This document shows positions 12,367 to 23,300 of a stretch of 64,000 nucleotides of DNA, in pieces. Below the pieces are notes generated by a model. The model was not told where the DNA came from. It worked only from the letters and a program-made list of their open reading frames with translations, and made no database searches. The number at the start of each line of letters is the position of its first letter. Position 1 is the first letter of the stretch. The DNA lies in contig NIVC01000571.1 of the NCBI GenBank assembly GCA_002269645.1, positions 469,212 to 533,211 on the forward strand, in the 5' to 3' direction. The DNA comes from Macrostomum lignano. Its lineage: Eukaryota. The position numbers were made by a program, and so were the translations under genes.

Positions 12367-12603
12367 GGGTGGGTTTCATAAACGCGAAACTTCACAAACG
12401 CGAAACTTCATAACCGCTAAAATTTTTGCGTTTACTTTGATAAACGGCAGTCTTTTTAGCGGTTGTGAAGTTTCGCGGTTAAAGTTTCGCGGTTGTGAAA
12501 GTAGGTGATTTAGCGGTTGTGAAGTTTCGCGGTTATAAAGTTTCGCGTTTATGAAAGTAGGTGATTTAGCGGTTGTGAAATTTCGCGTTTGTGAAGGCAA
12601 CCC
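12367..12603. mobile_element. MITE (GGG...TTCATAAACGCGAAA TIR family) inserted in the THAP transposase ORF
   Basis: Imperfect 23-bp TIRs, internal GTGAAA/TTTCGCG repeats and an imperfect 7-8 bp TSD (CTTTTGAG/CTTCTGAG). Its removal restores the frame ...HLFSTFE/NLLTFLKSL. Confidence 0.8.
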
Positions 12604-13657
12604 CTTCTGAGAACCTGCTGACATTCCTCAAATCTCTGGCCCAGACAGGAGAGACACGTGATCCCATCACGTCGTCTGATTTCGTGGAGGAGGTTTTGAG
12701 GAGCTACCTCGGATCTCTGAGCGATGAATCAGATGTTCAAGGACAAGTGAAGTTCCTTCTCGAGCAATTTTCCCTGATCCACACCCGGGGCCGTCTCGTC
12801 GCTATACGCCAACAACAACAGTACTGGCGTATTTGGTTTTTTCAACTAGCCGCGCTGCCCACAAGGCGATTCTGGACGATGGGTCCATTTGCTTGCCCTC
12901 TATCAGGAATCTCGTTAGGCTGACATCCGTTCTTTCCAAGGAGTCTGGCATCGTGGATGAGGCGTACATTCAGCTGCGGGCAGGATCGCTTGACCCTCGA
13001 GAGAAGTATGTGGTCCTCATCATCGACGAGGTGACCACCGCGAAGGGAGTGGAATTTCACTGCGACTCCATATATGGTCTCAGCAGCGATGACAAGGTGG
13101 CTTTTGAGAACCTTCGAGGCTGCAGCGATCTGGAAGAAGCTTCTCAGCGGCTTTGCTGCACTGATCATTGTCAAGATGCAGAATTCAGCTTAATTCGCAT
13201 CGTGTCGCTTTCGTTGCTCTAAGCACTCTCTCAGGCAAGTAATTCGGTAGTTTTCCTTCCGCCTTCTCAACTGCTTTCTTAAGAACTTCACTGCAGAGAT
13301 CAATCGTCCTTCCCTCGTTCGCAAGCGAAGAACTGATGGCCTGAAAGAAAACGACAGCTGCTGAAAAATTGCCAAGTTGAACCCCCAGTTCCGGACCACT
13401 TCTCTCCGTTGCTTTTCCTTTCATATCCTGGCTTTTGACAGTTTTTGGTAAATTTGAATGGCAATGCCTACTATCTGATGCTATTTCTATTGTGTGCAGT
13501 ATATAATGATAACTCGAATTCTAATTTTTGATGTTTCTAAGTAACAAATTAAGGTCTTTTTTATTTGCTTGCAACATCAATATGCATGAACTGGGCTGGG
13601 CTCAGGCTCGGAAGAGGTCGGCCTGACTTGGCCCGCCCCCATTGGCCAGTGTCACTT

Positions 13658-13946
13658 CCAGGTCTAGAGAATTCCCTGTCCAGGTCTAGAGAATTCCCTG
13701 TCCAGGTCTAGAGAATTCCCTGTCCAGGTCTAGAGAATTCCCTGTCCAGGTCTAGAGAATTCCCTGTCCAGGTCTAGAGAATTCCCTGTCCAGGTCTAGA
13801 GAATTCCCTGTCCAGGTCTAGAGAATTCCCTGTCCAGGTATACAGAATTCCCTGTCCATGTCTAGAGAATTCCCTGTCCAGGTCTAGAGTATTAATTCCC
13901 TGTCCAGGTCTAGAGAATTCCCCGTCCAGGTCTAGAGAATTCCCTG
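13658..13946. repeat. 22-bp minisatellite (CCAGGTCTAGAGAATTCCCTGT)n
   Basis: About 13 tandem copies directly right of the THAP element's inverted repeat. Confidence 0.95.
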
Positions 13947-14654
13947 CATGGACTCGGGACCGACCGCTAGGAGAGGGCGGGGTTTGGAAAGAGTGAAAAA
14001 CGGTTTCGAAACTTATAAGAAAGTTAAAATTTATTGCCAGGGAATCGGCCACGAAAAAAATTGCACTATCTTTGAGTGCAGCGTCCTGCATATACTGCTA
14101 GTAGTCTCTTTGAGAAATTCGTACCTGTCTAAATAATTTTTACCTTACTTTATTGTGTTAAATGCATGGCAATAACCGGGGGCGTCGCCAGCGGCGGGGA
14201 CAGGGGACATGTTCCTCAGTAAAAGCTGTAGGGGGAACATGACAATGCTTTGCCCCCTTACCGGACCCCACCTTGCGACCCGTTGTGGAAAGCAATAATT
14301 TTGTTTCAATCCCTAAAATTCTATTGATACAATCCAGCAATGAGCTGTTGATTCAAGCTATTGTGATTACAGATGAAGAAGTACGAATACGAACTCTAAC
14401 ACTTAAAAAAAGTATTTTCACTTTTTGAATATTTATGTTGTAATAATAATATTTATACTCTTTCAATACTACTTTTCTTATGCTTGTATTTCTAGGCCTT
14501 AATCTTAATAATGTTATGATCCTTAGTAATCTAACAATCTTGACAAATATAGTTTCAAGTTTGTTCATTAAAATTAAAATTTATTGTATTTTCTGCTTTC
14601 TTGAAAATATATATATATTGATATTATTTACATTTACATAATACTTTCTCTAGC

Positions 14655-14716
14655 AAAATTCGAACCTCCGACCTTTTAACTACGAGTCAGACGCACTGGC
14701 CCACTCAGCCAATGAG
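14655..14716 (-). mobile_element. tRNA-derived SINE head or tRNA pseudogene
   Basis: The minus strand has box A TGGCTGAGTGG and box B GGTTCGAAT at tRNA spacing, but no acceptor-stem pairing. Confidence 0.5.
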
Positions 14717-14838
14717 TCTATTTTTAGCTCTCCCATTCCCAGAGAAGCCCGAGTCCACGGCTGCAGTCCAGTCCACGCGGACCAATGGCAGCGCTCCTTG
14801 GCATATCGTGTGCACTATCACCTGATCGGACTCTCACA

Positions 14839-15255
14839 GGGGACGCTTTCATAAGACCTAAATTCACAACGCCTAAATTTCATATCGCCTAAATTTCACA
14901 ACGCCTAAAATCTTTGCTTCTCTCCTTCACATTCAGTTTTAGGTGTTGTGAAATTTAGGCGATATGAAGTTTAGGCGATATGAAAGAGCATGCAGATTTT
15001 TAGGCGTTGTGAAATTTAGGCGATATGAAATTTAGGCGATATGAAGTAGGATGCATTTTTGGTTTTAGGCGTTATGAAATTTAGGCGATATGAAATTTAG
15101 GCGATATGAAATTTAGGCGATGTGAAATTTAGGCGTTGTGAAGGAGGCTGCATTTTCGATTTTAGGCGTTGTGAAACTTGGGCGTTATGAAATTTAGGTG
15201 ATGTGAAGTCATGTGCTTTAGGCGTTGTGAAATTTAGGTCTTATGAAGCGCCCCC
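14839..15255. mobile_element. MITE with GGGG-CGCTTCATAAGACCTAAATT TIRs and 8-bp TSD (CTCTCACA)
   Basis: TIRs at both ends, TSD at 14831-14838 and 15256-15263, and many internal TGAAATTTAGGCG motifs arranged head-to-head. Confidence 0.88.
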
Positions 15256-15864
15256 CTCTCACAGACTGGTCTTCGTGGCTCCACACGTGGACTCACTTAG
15301 TCAGGTATTTTTTGTTTAGTGGAATGTCTGACTAGTCCACGGCCATTGGGTGTTCAAACCCGTGTCAAGATGGTCTCTGCATTTCATCCCAATTCCCCAA
15401 CAGTCCATATAGTGAATGAAATTGTACAGCATGTTTCACCGAGCCTGACAAATGTGCAGCTTTATGAAAATATGGGTCTTTGTACGAGCGTACATTGGAT
15501 CATAGAGATCTAGAACTAGAACCTGGAGTCTTCCCGGAACTCCTTTGGCCCCGTACGCTAGTAGGCTGACTGGGGAAACCCCACACAGCCGCACATGCTT
15601 TTGCCTTTGAACAAATATTTGGCTATGAGATGCTCGCTAGAAACTAATATCGGATTTTCAAGTATGGAAATGAAACGAATATTGTATTTTTGTATTTTTT
15701 AGATAATTAATAAAAGCACACACATTCTTATTTATTGCATGCAAAATGTATAATTATGGCAACGGCCTTACAGTTTTGCATTGAATGAGGATGGATAAAT
15801 CTGCATTCGCATATTACCAGCGGGGGCGCTTCATAAGATCTAAATTTCACAACGCCAAAAACAG

Positions 15865-17635
15865 TTGTCTGTTGTCTGCTATTGGTCTGTTGTCTGCTAT
15901 TGGTCTGTTGTCTGCTATTGGTCTGTTGTCTGCTATTAGTCTGTTGTCTGCTATTGGTCTGTTGTCTGCTATTGGTCTGTTGTCTGCTATTGGTCTGTTG
16001 TCTGCTATTGGTCTGTTGTCTGCTATTGGTCTGTTGTCTGCTATTGGTCTGTTGTCTGCTATTGGTCTGTTGTCTGCTATTGGTCTGTTGTCTGCTATTG
16101 GTCTGTTGTCTGCTATTGGTCTGTTGTCTGCTATTGGTCTGTTGTCTGCTATTGGTCTGTTGTCTGCTATTGGTCTGTTGTCTGCTATTGGTCTGTTGTC
16201 TGCTATTGGTCTGTTGTCTGCTATTGGTCTGTTGTCTGCAATTGGTCTGTTGTCTGCTATTGGTCTGTTGTCTGCTATTGGTCTGTTGTCTGCTATTGGT
16301 CTGTTGTCTGCTATTGGTCTGTTGTCTGCTATTGGTCTGTTGTCTGCTATTGGTCTGTTGTCTGCTATTGGTCTGTTGTCTGCTATTGGTCTGTTGTCTG
16401 CTATTGGTCTGTTGTCTGCTATTGGTCTGTTGTCTGCTATTGGTCTGTTGTCTGCTATTGGTCTGTTGTCTGCTATTGGTCTGTTGTCTGCTATTGGTCT
16501 GTTGTCTGCTATTGGTCTGTTGTCTGCTATTGGTCTGTTGTCTGCTATTGGTCTGTTGTCTGCTATTGGTCTGTTGTCTGCTATTGGTCTGTTGTCTGCT
16601 ATTGGTCTGTTGTCTGCTATTGGTCTGTTGTCTGCTATTGGTCTGTTGTCTGCTATTGGTCTGTTGTCTGCTATTGGTCTGTTGTCTGCTATTGGTCTGT
16701 TGTCTGCTATTGGTCTGTTGTCTGCTATTGGTCTGTTGTCTGCTATTGGTCTGTTGTCTGCTATTGGTCTGTTGTCTGCTATTGGTCTGTTGTCTGCTAT
16801 TGGTCTGTTGTCTGCTATTGGTCTGTTGTCTGCTATTGGTCTGTTGTCTGCTATTGGTCTGTTGTCTGCTATTGGTCTGTTGTCTGCTATTGGTCTGTTG
16901 TCTGCTATTGGTCTGTTGTCTGCTATTGGTCTGTTGTCTGCTATTGGTCTGTTGTCTGCTATTGGTCTGTTGTCTGCTATTGGTCTGTTGTCTGCTATTG
17001 GTCTGTTGTCTGCTATTGGTCTGTTGTCTGCTATTGGTCTGTTGTCTGCTATTGGTCTGTTGTCTGCTATTGGTCTGTTGTCTGCTATTGTTCTGTTGTC
17101 TGCTATTGGTCTGTTGTCTGCTATTGGTCTGTTGTCTGCTATTGGTCTGTTGTCTGCTATTGGTCTGTTGTCTGCTATTGGTCTGTTGTCTGCTATTGGT
17201 CTGTTGTCTGCTATTGGTCTGTTGTCTGCTATTGGTCTGTTGTCTGCTATTGGTCTGTTGTCTGCTATTGGTCTGTTGTCTGCTATTGGTCTGTTGTCTG
17301 CTATTGGTCTGTTGTCTGCTATTGGTCTGTTGTCTGCTATTGGTCTGTTGTCTGCTATTGGTCTGTTGTCTGCTATTGGTCTGTTGTCTGCTATTGGTCT
17401 GTTGTCTGCTATTGGTCTGTTGTCTGCTATTGGTCTGTTGTCTGCTATTGGTCTGTTGTCTGCTATTGGTCTGTTGTCTGCTATTGGTCTGTTGTCTGCT
17501 ATTGTTCTGTTGTCTGCTATTGTTCTGTTGTCTGCTATTGGTCTGTTGTCTGCTATTGGTCTGTTGTCTGCTATTGGTCTGTTGTCTGCTATTGTTCTGT
17601 TGTCTGCTATTGGTCTGTTGTCTACTATTGGTCTG
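15865..17635. repeat. 18-bp minisatellite (CTGTTGTCTGCTATTGGT)n, about 98 copies, starting inside a MITE left end (15822-15856)
   Basis: Directly visible. Preceded by GGGGGCGCTTCATAAGATCTAAATTTCACAACGCC, the TIR of the 14839 MITE family. Confidence 0.97.
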
Positions 17636-17930
17636 TGCCTGCCCCCCCTTCCCACACGGACTTCCCCCATTTTTCTCTATCCTCGCACCAGCCTACTGGG
17701 GTCCGGGTCCGAGCGCCTCCACTCAAGAGTTGCTATTCCAGATACTAGATCTAGATTTCCTTGGCTGGGCCAGCAGCTGAACGTACTTAGCTTTGCACAA
17801 AGGACTGCACAAATGTACAGCCAGAAAACCTGGGCTTTTGAGTTGAGCCCCCATTTTGCTTGAAAGTCCAATAGGACCACTTGTTCAGGGTTGCGATTGC
17901 AGAAAGATTCTTTCTCTGAGAATTGTAAAC

Positions 17931-18050
17931 ATGGGCTACAGATGTGCTGCAATCAACTGTCAGTCTGGCGGCTACTTGCAAAGAAATTTCACTGAGAATC
18001 CTGAAACGGACAGCAGAATTTCATTGTTTGGGTTTCCTGTACACGAATCC
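17931..18050 (+). pseudogene. Truncated THAP-domain fragment
   Basis: MGYRCAAINC...ISLFGFP matches the THAP N-terminal CxxxxC...FxFP; the later W and CxxH motifs are absent. Confidence 0.55.
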
Positions 18051-18315
18051 ACTGCTTCTCCTAGAATTGCTGCAACGCATTCAAAGATAAAAATGCAGCC
18101 CAAGAAAACAATCAAGATTTTGCTCCTTGCAATTCAAGGACGATGACTTCATCCGGGAAGGTTAATTTAGGTTAATATCTAGAATTCCATGGCCTTGACA
18201 TCTCAGCAACTTGCCCTTGAGCATTGGCATTGATCGAAATGTCACTTCACGGTAATGACCTCTGCTTAATGGCTGGTCAAGAATGGTCATTAACTGAAAG
18301 TCCTAGTTCAGACAT

Positions 18316-18800
18316 GGCGCCCCTGGTGCTGGCGCCCCTGGTGCTGGCGCCCCTGGTGCTGGCGCCCCTGGTGCTGGCGCCCCTGGTGCTGGCGCCCCTG
18401 GTGCTGGCGCCCCTGGTGCTGGCGCCCCTGGTGCTGGCGCCCCTGGTGCTGGCGCCCCTGGTGCTGGCGCCCCTGGTGCTGGCGCCCCTGGTGCTGGCGC
18501 CCCTGGTGCTGGCGCCCCTGGTGCTGGCGCCCCTGGTGCTGGCGCCCCTGGTGCTGGCGCCTCTGGTGCTGGCGCCCCTGGTGCTGGCGCCCCTGGTGCT
18601 GGCGCCCCTGGTGCTGGCGCCCCTGGTGCTGGCGCCCCTGGTGCTGGCGCCCCTGGTGCTGGCGCCCCTGGTGCTGGCGCCCCTGGTGCTGGCGCCCCTG
18701 GTGCTGGCGCCCCTGGTGCTGGCGCCCCTGGTGCTGGCGCCCCTGGTGCTGGCGCCCCTGGTGCTGGCGCCCCTGGTGCTGGCGCCCCTGGTGCTGGCGC
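18316..18800. repeat. 15-bp GC-rich minisatellite (GGCGCCCCTGGTGCT)n
   Basis: About 32 near-perfect copies. Confidence 0.97.
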
Positions 18801-20359
18801 TTCAGCGCACAAGTGGCAATTTGGCCATTAACTTTAATTCTCGCTTCATATTAACCTTCCATTAACGTGCACGTGCAATGCACTGCGCAATGCTCTGTGC
18901 AGTGTTGTGCCCAGTGTGACAGCACAGATGATTCTCAAAAATTTCACAGAGCACTATAGTCAGAAATTCTCTTGTGCTGTCAGGATTTGTATCGGTGTAC
19001 TGCTAAAAACCGATAAAAACAGGTGTTTTAACGTGTGCAAAATTCTAACCCTGCTCGCTGCATCAGCAGTCCAGTCTGTTCACATCTAGGCTGGGTCTCC
19101 CGATAAATTTGTTCTCACATCAAGTCAGTTAAAGGAAGCACTTATGGCGTAATAGATTTCACAGGCAGTCAGTATCAGTCTTTAGAAATTTAGCAAAACC
19201 AGAGCTATGCAAAGAAGACGCAATGCTTTGGACACCCTTGATTACCCATTCTCACCTTTTGCACCCAGCCAGAATTGCACTCTGCCCCAATGCACAGTCT
19301 TCACCTGCCTGCAAGCAATGACGTAATCTATTTTAGTTCAATTTCAGACAGTCAGTAACCACACCAAGCAAATATATGACGCAGATTGACTAAATTTTTG
19401 CGAAAGGTGCCTGAATGCTGTGACATCTATTGCAGGAAACGCGATCAAAATTCTTTCAGTCATTCTGTCCGTAAATTAACGCCTTTTAGAGCCAACCCCA
19501 AGGCCAACAATAAACCAACGCCGTAAATAATAAACGCTGTACACTCCTGTGCGAGTGTGTGCTTATGCGCCTGACTGCTCGGGGGAGTCGGCGGAATGGG
19601 CAGCAATGCCTCTCGCCGGTTGTGTGACAATGCCGCTTTAAGTACCCCAGCGATGGGGTTGCTAAGCGTACATATCTACGTGCTTGCAAGCTGCTCAATC
19701 ACAAGTCTGATGCGCACGACTCACCTGTTGAAATCGCACTGACTCAAATGGCAGCACGGTTGGTTTTTCAGGTCTCAACTTGTGTTGGTCTAGATGAGTA
19801 AAAACTCCTATGTAAATTCATTAGACTCTCCCTCTTCATCAGCAGGTGCAGCAACCCTCGAGGCTCACGCCCCCAGTGTGATGTACAAGGCAATCGATTT
19901 GGTGTACAAAATGGAGTGGACCTCCCATTTGAATTGAATCGATAAATCTTGAGAGTAAAGTGCACCAAAGGCCCGATCACAATACACGCAACACGCAACA
20001 CAACACAATACAGCTGCTGCAACTTGTAGGAATAGCAATTCACATCGCAGCAATAAGTAAAAAGCAAGCAGTTTAGTTCGCAGCCGTTTGCCTAATTGGC
20101 TCGCATTTTAGTTTGTCTGTGGCCGAAGGAGCAGCACGGCGCCAATTGAGCAGTCGAAATGGCTTAATTACGGCTGAAACCGTCACTTCTCTCAGTCCGG
20201 ATCGGCCTCACTGGCGAGCGGCAGCGTGCATCACAGCCAACAATTTGCTTCGTGCTCTCAGAGCCGCTCTGACGCAATAAGCTGCACTGCTCGGAGAATA
20301 AAATCTGCCTCTCGCTCTCTCGGAGTTGAAGCGGCATTTCTCAAAGTAAACAGACGAAC

Positions 20360-23300
20360 ATGGTGACTGCCTGTGAGCAGATCTGCGTGCTGCTGTGGAA
20401 GGACATCAAGCTGAAGCAGAGACGGCCGGTAAGTCCGCGGTGGCGCAACGCTTGTGACGCGCTGGTTTCATTGGTTTTACATTTCTACTTCCTCCTGAAA
20501 TCCCCCTGAGCAGGCGCACAAGCGCGGATACGTACGCAGTCATACACACAGGCACACAGGCAGGAGTGTACAGCGGCCCTAACTTCGTTTATCGTTAGGC
20601 TGTGCCTCGGAGGTTTGCCCTCAATTGCGTTGATTGCACAAGTAGTCCCAAGCCGTTATTCCAACCGAGCCCCAAATTAATGTGACTGCACTTGAGCTCT
20701 TATGTTCAATAAGAGTTGAGCCTGGGCCGCTGGCACATAAGAGCGCCGCACTTGACCACTGGGCTACGGCCTCCTTAACCAGCCAGAATTGCAGTGATGA
20801 GGCTGTCCCGATTCGCAGTGATGAGGCTGTCCTGATTCGCAATGAGGAGGCTGTCCCGATTCGCAGTGATGAGGCTGTCCTGATTCGCAATGAGGAGGCT
20901 GTCCCGATTCGCAGTGATGAGGCTGTCCCGATTCGCAGTGATGAGGCTGTCCTGAATTGCAGTGATGAGGCTGTCCCGATTCGCAGTGATGAGGCTGCCC
21001 CGATTCGCAGTGATGAGGCTGCCCCGATTCGCAGTGATGAGGCTGCCCCGATTCGCAGTGATGAGGCTGCCCCGAATTCAGCGCTGAATCATCCAACACC
21101 GCCGCTCAAACTCTGCAGATCTCCACTTTGATGGAGCTGCTCGCTCCGCTGGTGATCATCTCCATCCTCATCGGCATCCGGCAGTCGCAGGACTTCTTTC
21201 AGAGATCGTCGGCCTGCCAGTTCAAACCGTCCCCCTTGGCTTCGAGCGGCCTGGGTGCGGTGCTCAGGTCATTCTGTCACCTGGGAGTTTGTCGAGAGGG
21301 AGCCCAGACTTTCCACACAGACCAAGACCTCGTGACTGACGAGGGGTGAGATCTCTCCTTGGTCAAGGCGAAAAGTTCCAGCTAATTTTATTATTCGCCT
21401 CGTTCCAGTTTCAGAAACATATCGCGGGTGATGGGCGCGATCAACTTCTGGCTGAACCACAACACCATCAAGAAGCTGTCACTCGCCGCCTCGGCCACGC
21501 GCCCTGCCCTGTCCGACCCCACAAGTGAGCTGAGCTGAGCTGTCCCTGCACTCTCCTGTCCCTGCTCTCTTCTGTCCCTGCACTCTTCTGTCCCTGCACT
21601 CTCCTGTCCCTGCTCTCTCCTGTCCCTGCTCTCTCCTGTCCCTGCTCTCTCCTGTCCTTGCTCTCTCCTGTCCCTGCACTCTCCTGTCCCTGCACTCTTC
21701 TGTCCCTGCACTCTCCTGTCCCTGCTCTCTCCTGTCCCTGCTCTCTCCTGTCCCTGCTCTCTCCTGTCCTTGCTCTCTCCTGTCCCTGCACTCTCCTGTC
21801 CCTGCACTCTTCTGTCCCTGCACTCTCCTGTCCCTGCTCTCTCCTGTCCCTGCACTCTTCTGTCCCTGCACTCTTCTGTCCCTGCACTCTCCTGTCCCTG
21901 CTCTCTCCTGTCCCTGCTCTCTCCTGTCCCTGCTCTCTCCTGTCCTTGCTCTCTCCTGTCCCTGCACTCTCCTGTCCCTGCACTCTTCTGTCCCTGCACT
22001 CTTCTGTCCCTGCACTCTCCTGTCCCTGCTCTCTCCTGTCCCTGCTCTCTCCTGTCCTTGCTCTCTCCTGTCCCTGCTCTCTCCTGTCCTTGCTCTCTCC
22101 TGTCCCTGCACTCTCCTGTCCCTGCACTCTTCTGTCCCTGCTCTCTCCTGTCCCTGCTCTCTCCTGTCCCTGCACTCTCCTATCCCTGCTCTTTCCTGTC
22201 CCTGCACTCTCCTGTCCCTGCACTCTTCTGTCCCTGCTCTCTCCTGTCCCTGCTCTCTCCTGTCCCTGCACTCTCCTATCCCTGCTCTTTCCTGTCCCTG
22301 CACTCTCCTATCCCTGCTCTCTCCTATCCCTGCAATCACCCGTCCCTGCATGAAAATGGGTCATGACATTGCAGAGATGAAGAAGATCAAACTCCGCTCG
22401 CTTTTCAAAAACAACGGCAGCGCGCTGTTCGATGGCGTCAAGGTAACAAAGGAGCAGAGAGCGTCTTTCGAGACGGCGGAAGTGCCGTTTCCCAAGGTAA
22501 AGTGGAATAAAATTAGCTGAATTTCACTGCCTGAATGTGCCTATGAACTGAGAACAATGAAATATTAACTATTGAGTATTAACTATGAGCTGTACGGATA
22601 AAGTCTTAGGACATGCTCACCACTTCCTACGGGACTCCGTGTTAGAATTTTGTACAATTAGACATCACCCATTGCAGCTCTTGGACCTGTCCATGGGCCC
22701 CGGCATGGCTGGCCTGATGCTGTCGCAGAGCGGGCTGCCCAATATCCTGTGCAGCGGGGCCGGCGCCACCGCCAACTGGACCCGGGCAGTGCGGGAGCTC
22801 TGCAAGCAGCCGCGGTTCCGCGAAAACCTCCGGTCTCAGCTGGATTTTGACGCGGTTCGGGCCCAGGTGAGAGGGATGGAGTTCTTGACACCTGTCTAGA
22901 GCTGTGCTTTCCAGAGACTAGAGGTTACTTATGCGTTAAAGAGCTTAGCAGCAAATTAAGCCTTGTGACTCCAACTCCAACCCAATCATTTTCATTAAAA
23001 GATGGCCTCTACAGACAGCAACAAGCGCAGCGTTCTGCTCAACCCCAGTGACCTCAAGAGTCTGCAGATGCTTCTTTCTCAGGTAAGCTCCATGGTTGAA
23101 GATTGGCAAATTGAAATAGATATCATGGTAGATCTGACAGCACAACACACGCTCTTACGAGGCTCTTCTTTCGTACATTACGTTGAATTAAAATATCCCG
23201 CAGATTAACGAGATGAGCAACGATGGAACGCTGCTCGTGTTTCAAAAGATGCGCGACCTCGCCGTGAATGTGACTGAAGGCCTGTCGAGCAGCAGACTGA

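Larger units (their letters stand above)
11105..13635 (+). mobile_element. Internally deleted THAP/P-element-like DNA transposon (THAP9-type transposase relic)
   Basis: THAP domain at 11886 (MGYKCCVFGC...FP...W...VCSKHF). Transposase N-part RRYTPTTTVLAY...LPSIRNL...KYVVLIIDEV is joined at about 13105 to a C-terminal-like part (NCFLKNFTAEIN...KIAKL). 16-bp inverted repeats CGGGCCAAGTCAGGCC at 11105-11120 and 13620-13635. Confidence 0.85.

Noticed and set aside
14655-14716. Functional tRNA gene (also tRNA-like boxes near 20716-20777 and 59725-59745)
   Set aside because: A/B boxes are present but there is no acceptor stem or full cloverleaf; at most SINE heads.
15785-17863. Long ORFs (600-690 aa) across the 18-bp array, and similar ORFs at 18224-18865, 21391-22366, 34735-35984, 37557-39474, 44728-45534, 54887-55748 and 60398-61558
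   Set aside because: Artefacts of stop-free tandem units that are open on both strands. Most lie within introns defined by the ABCA exon models.
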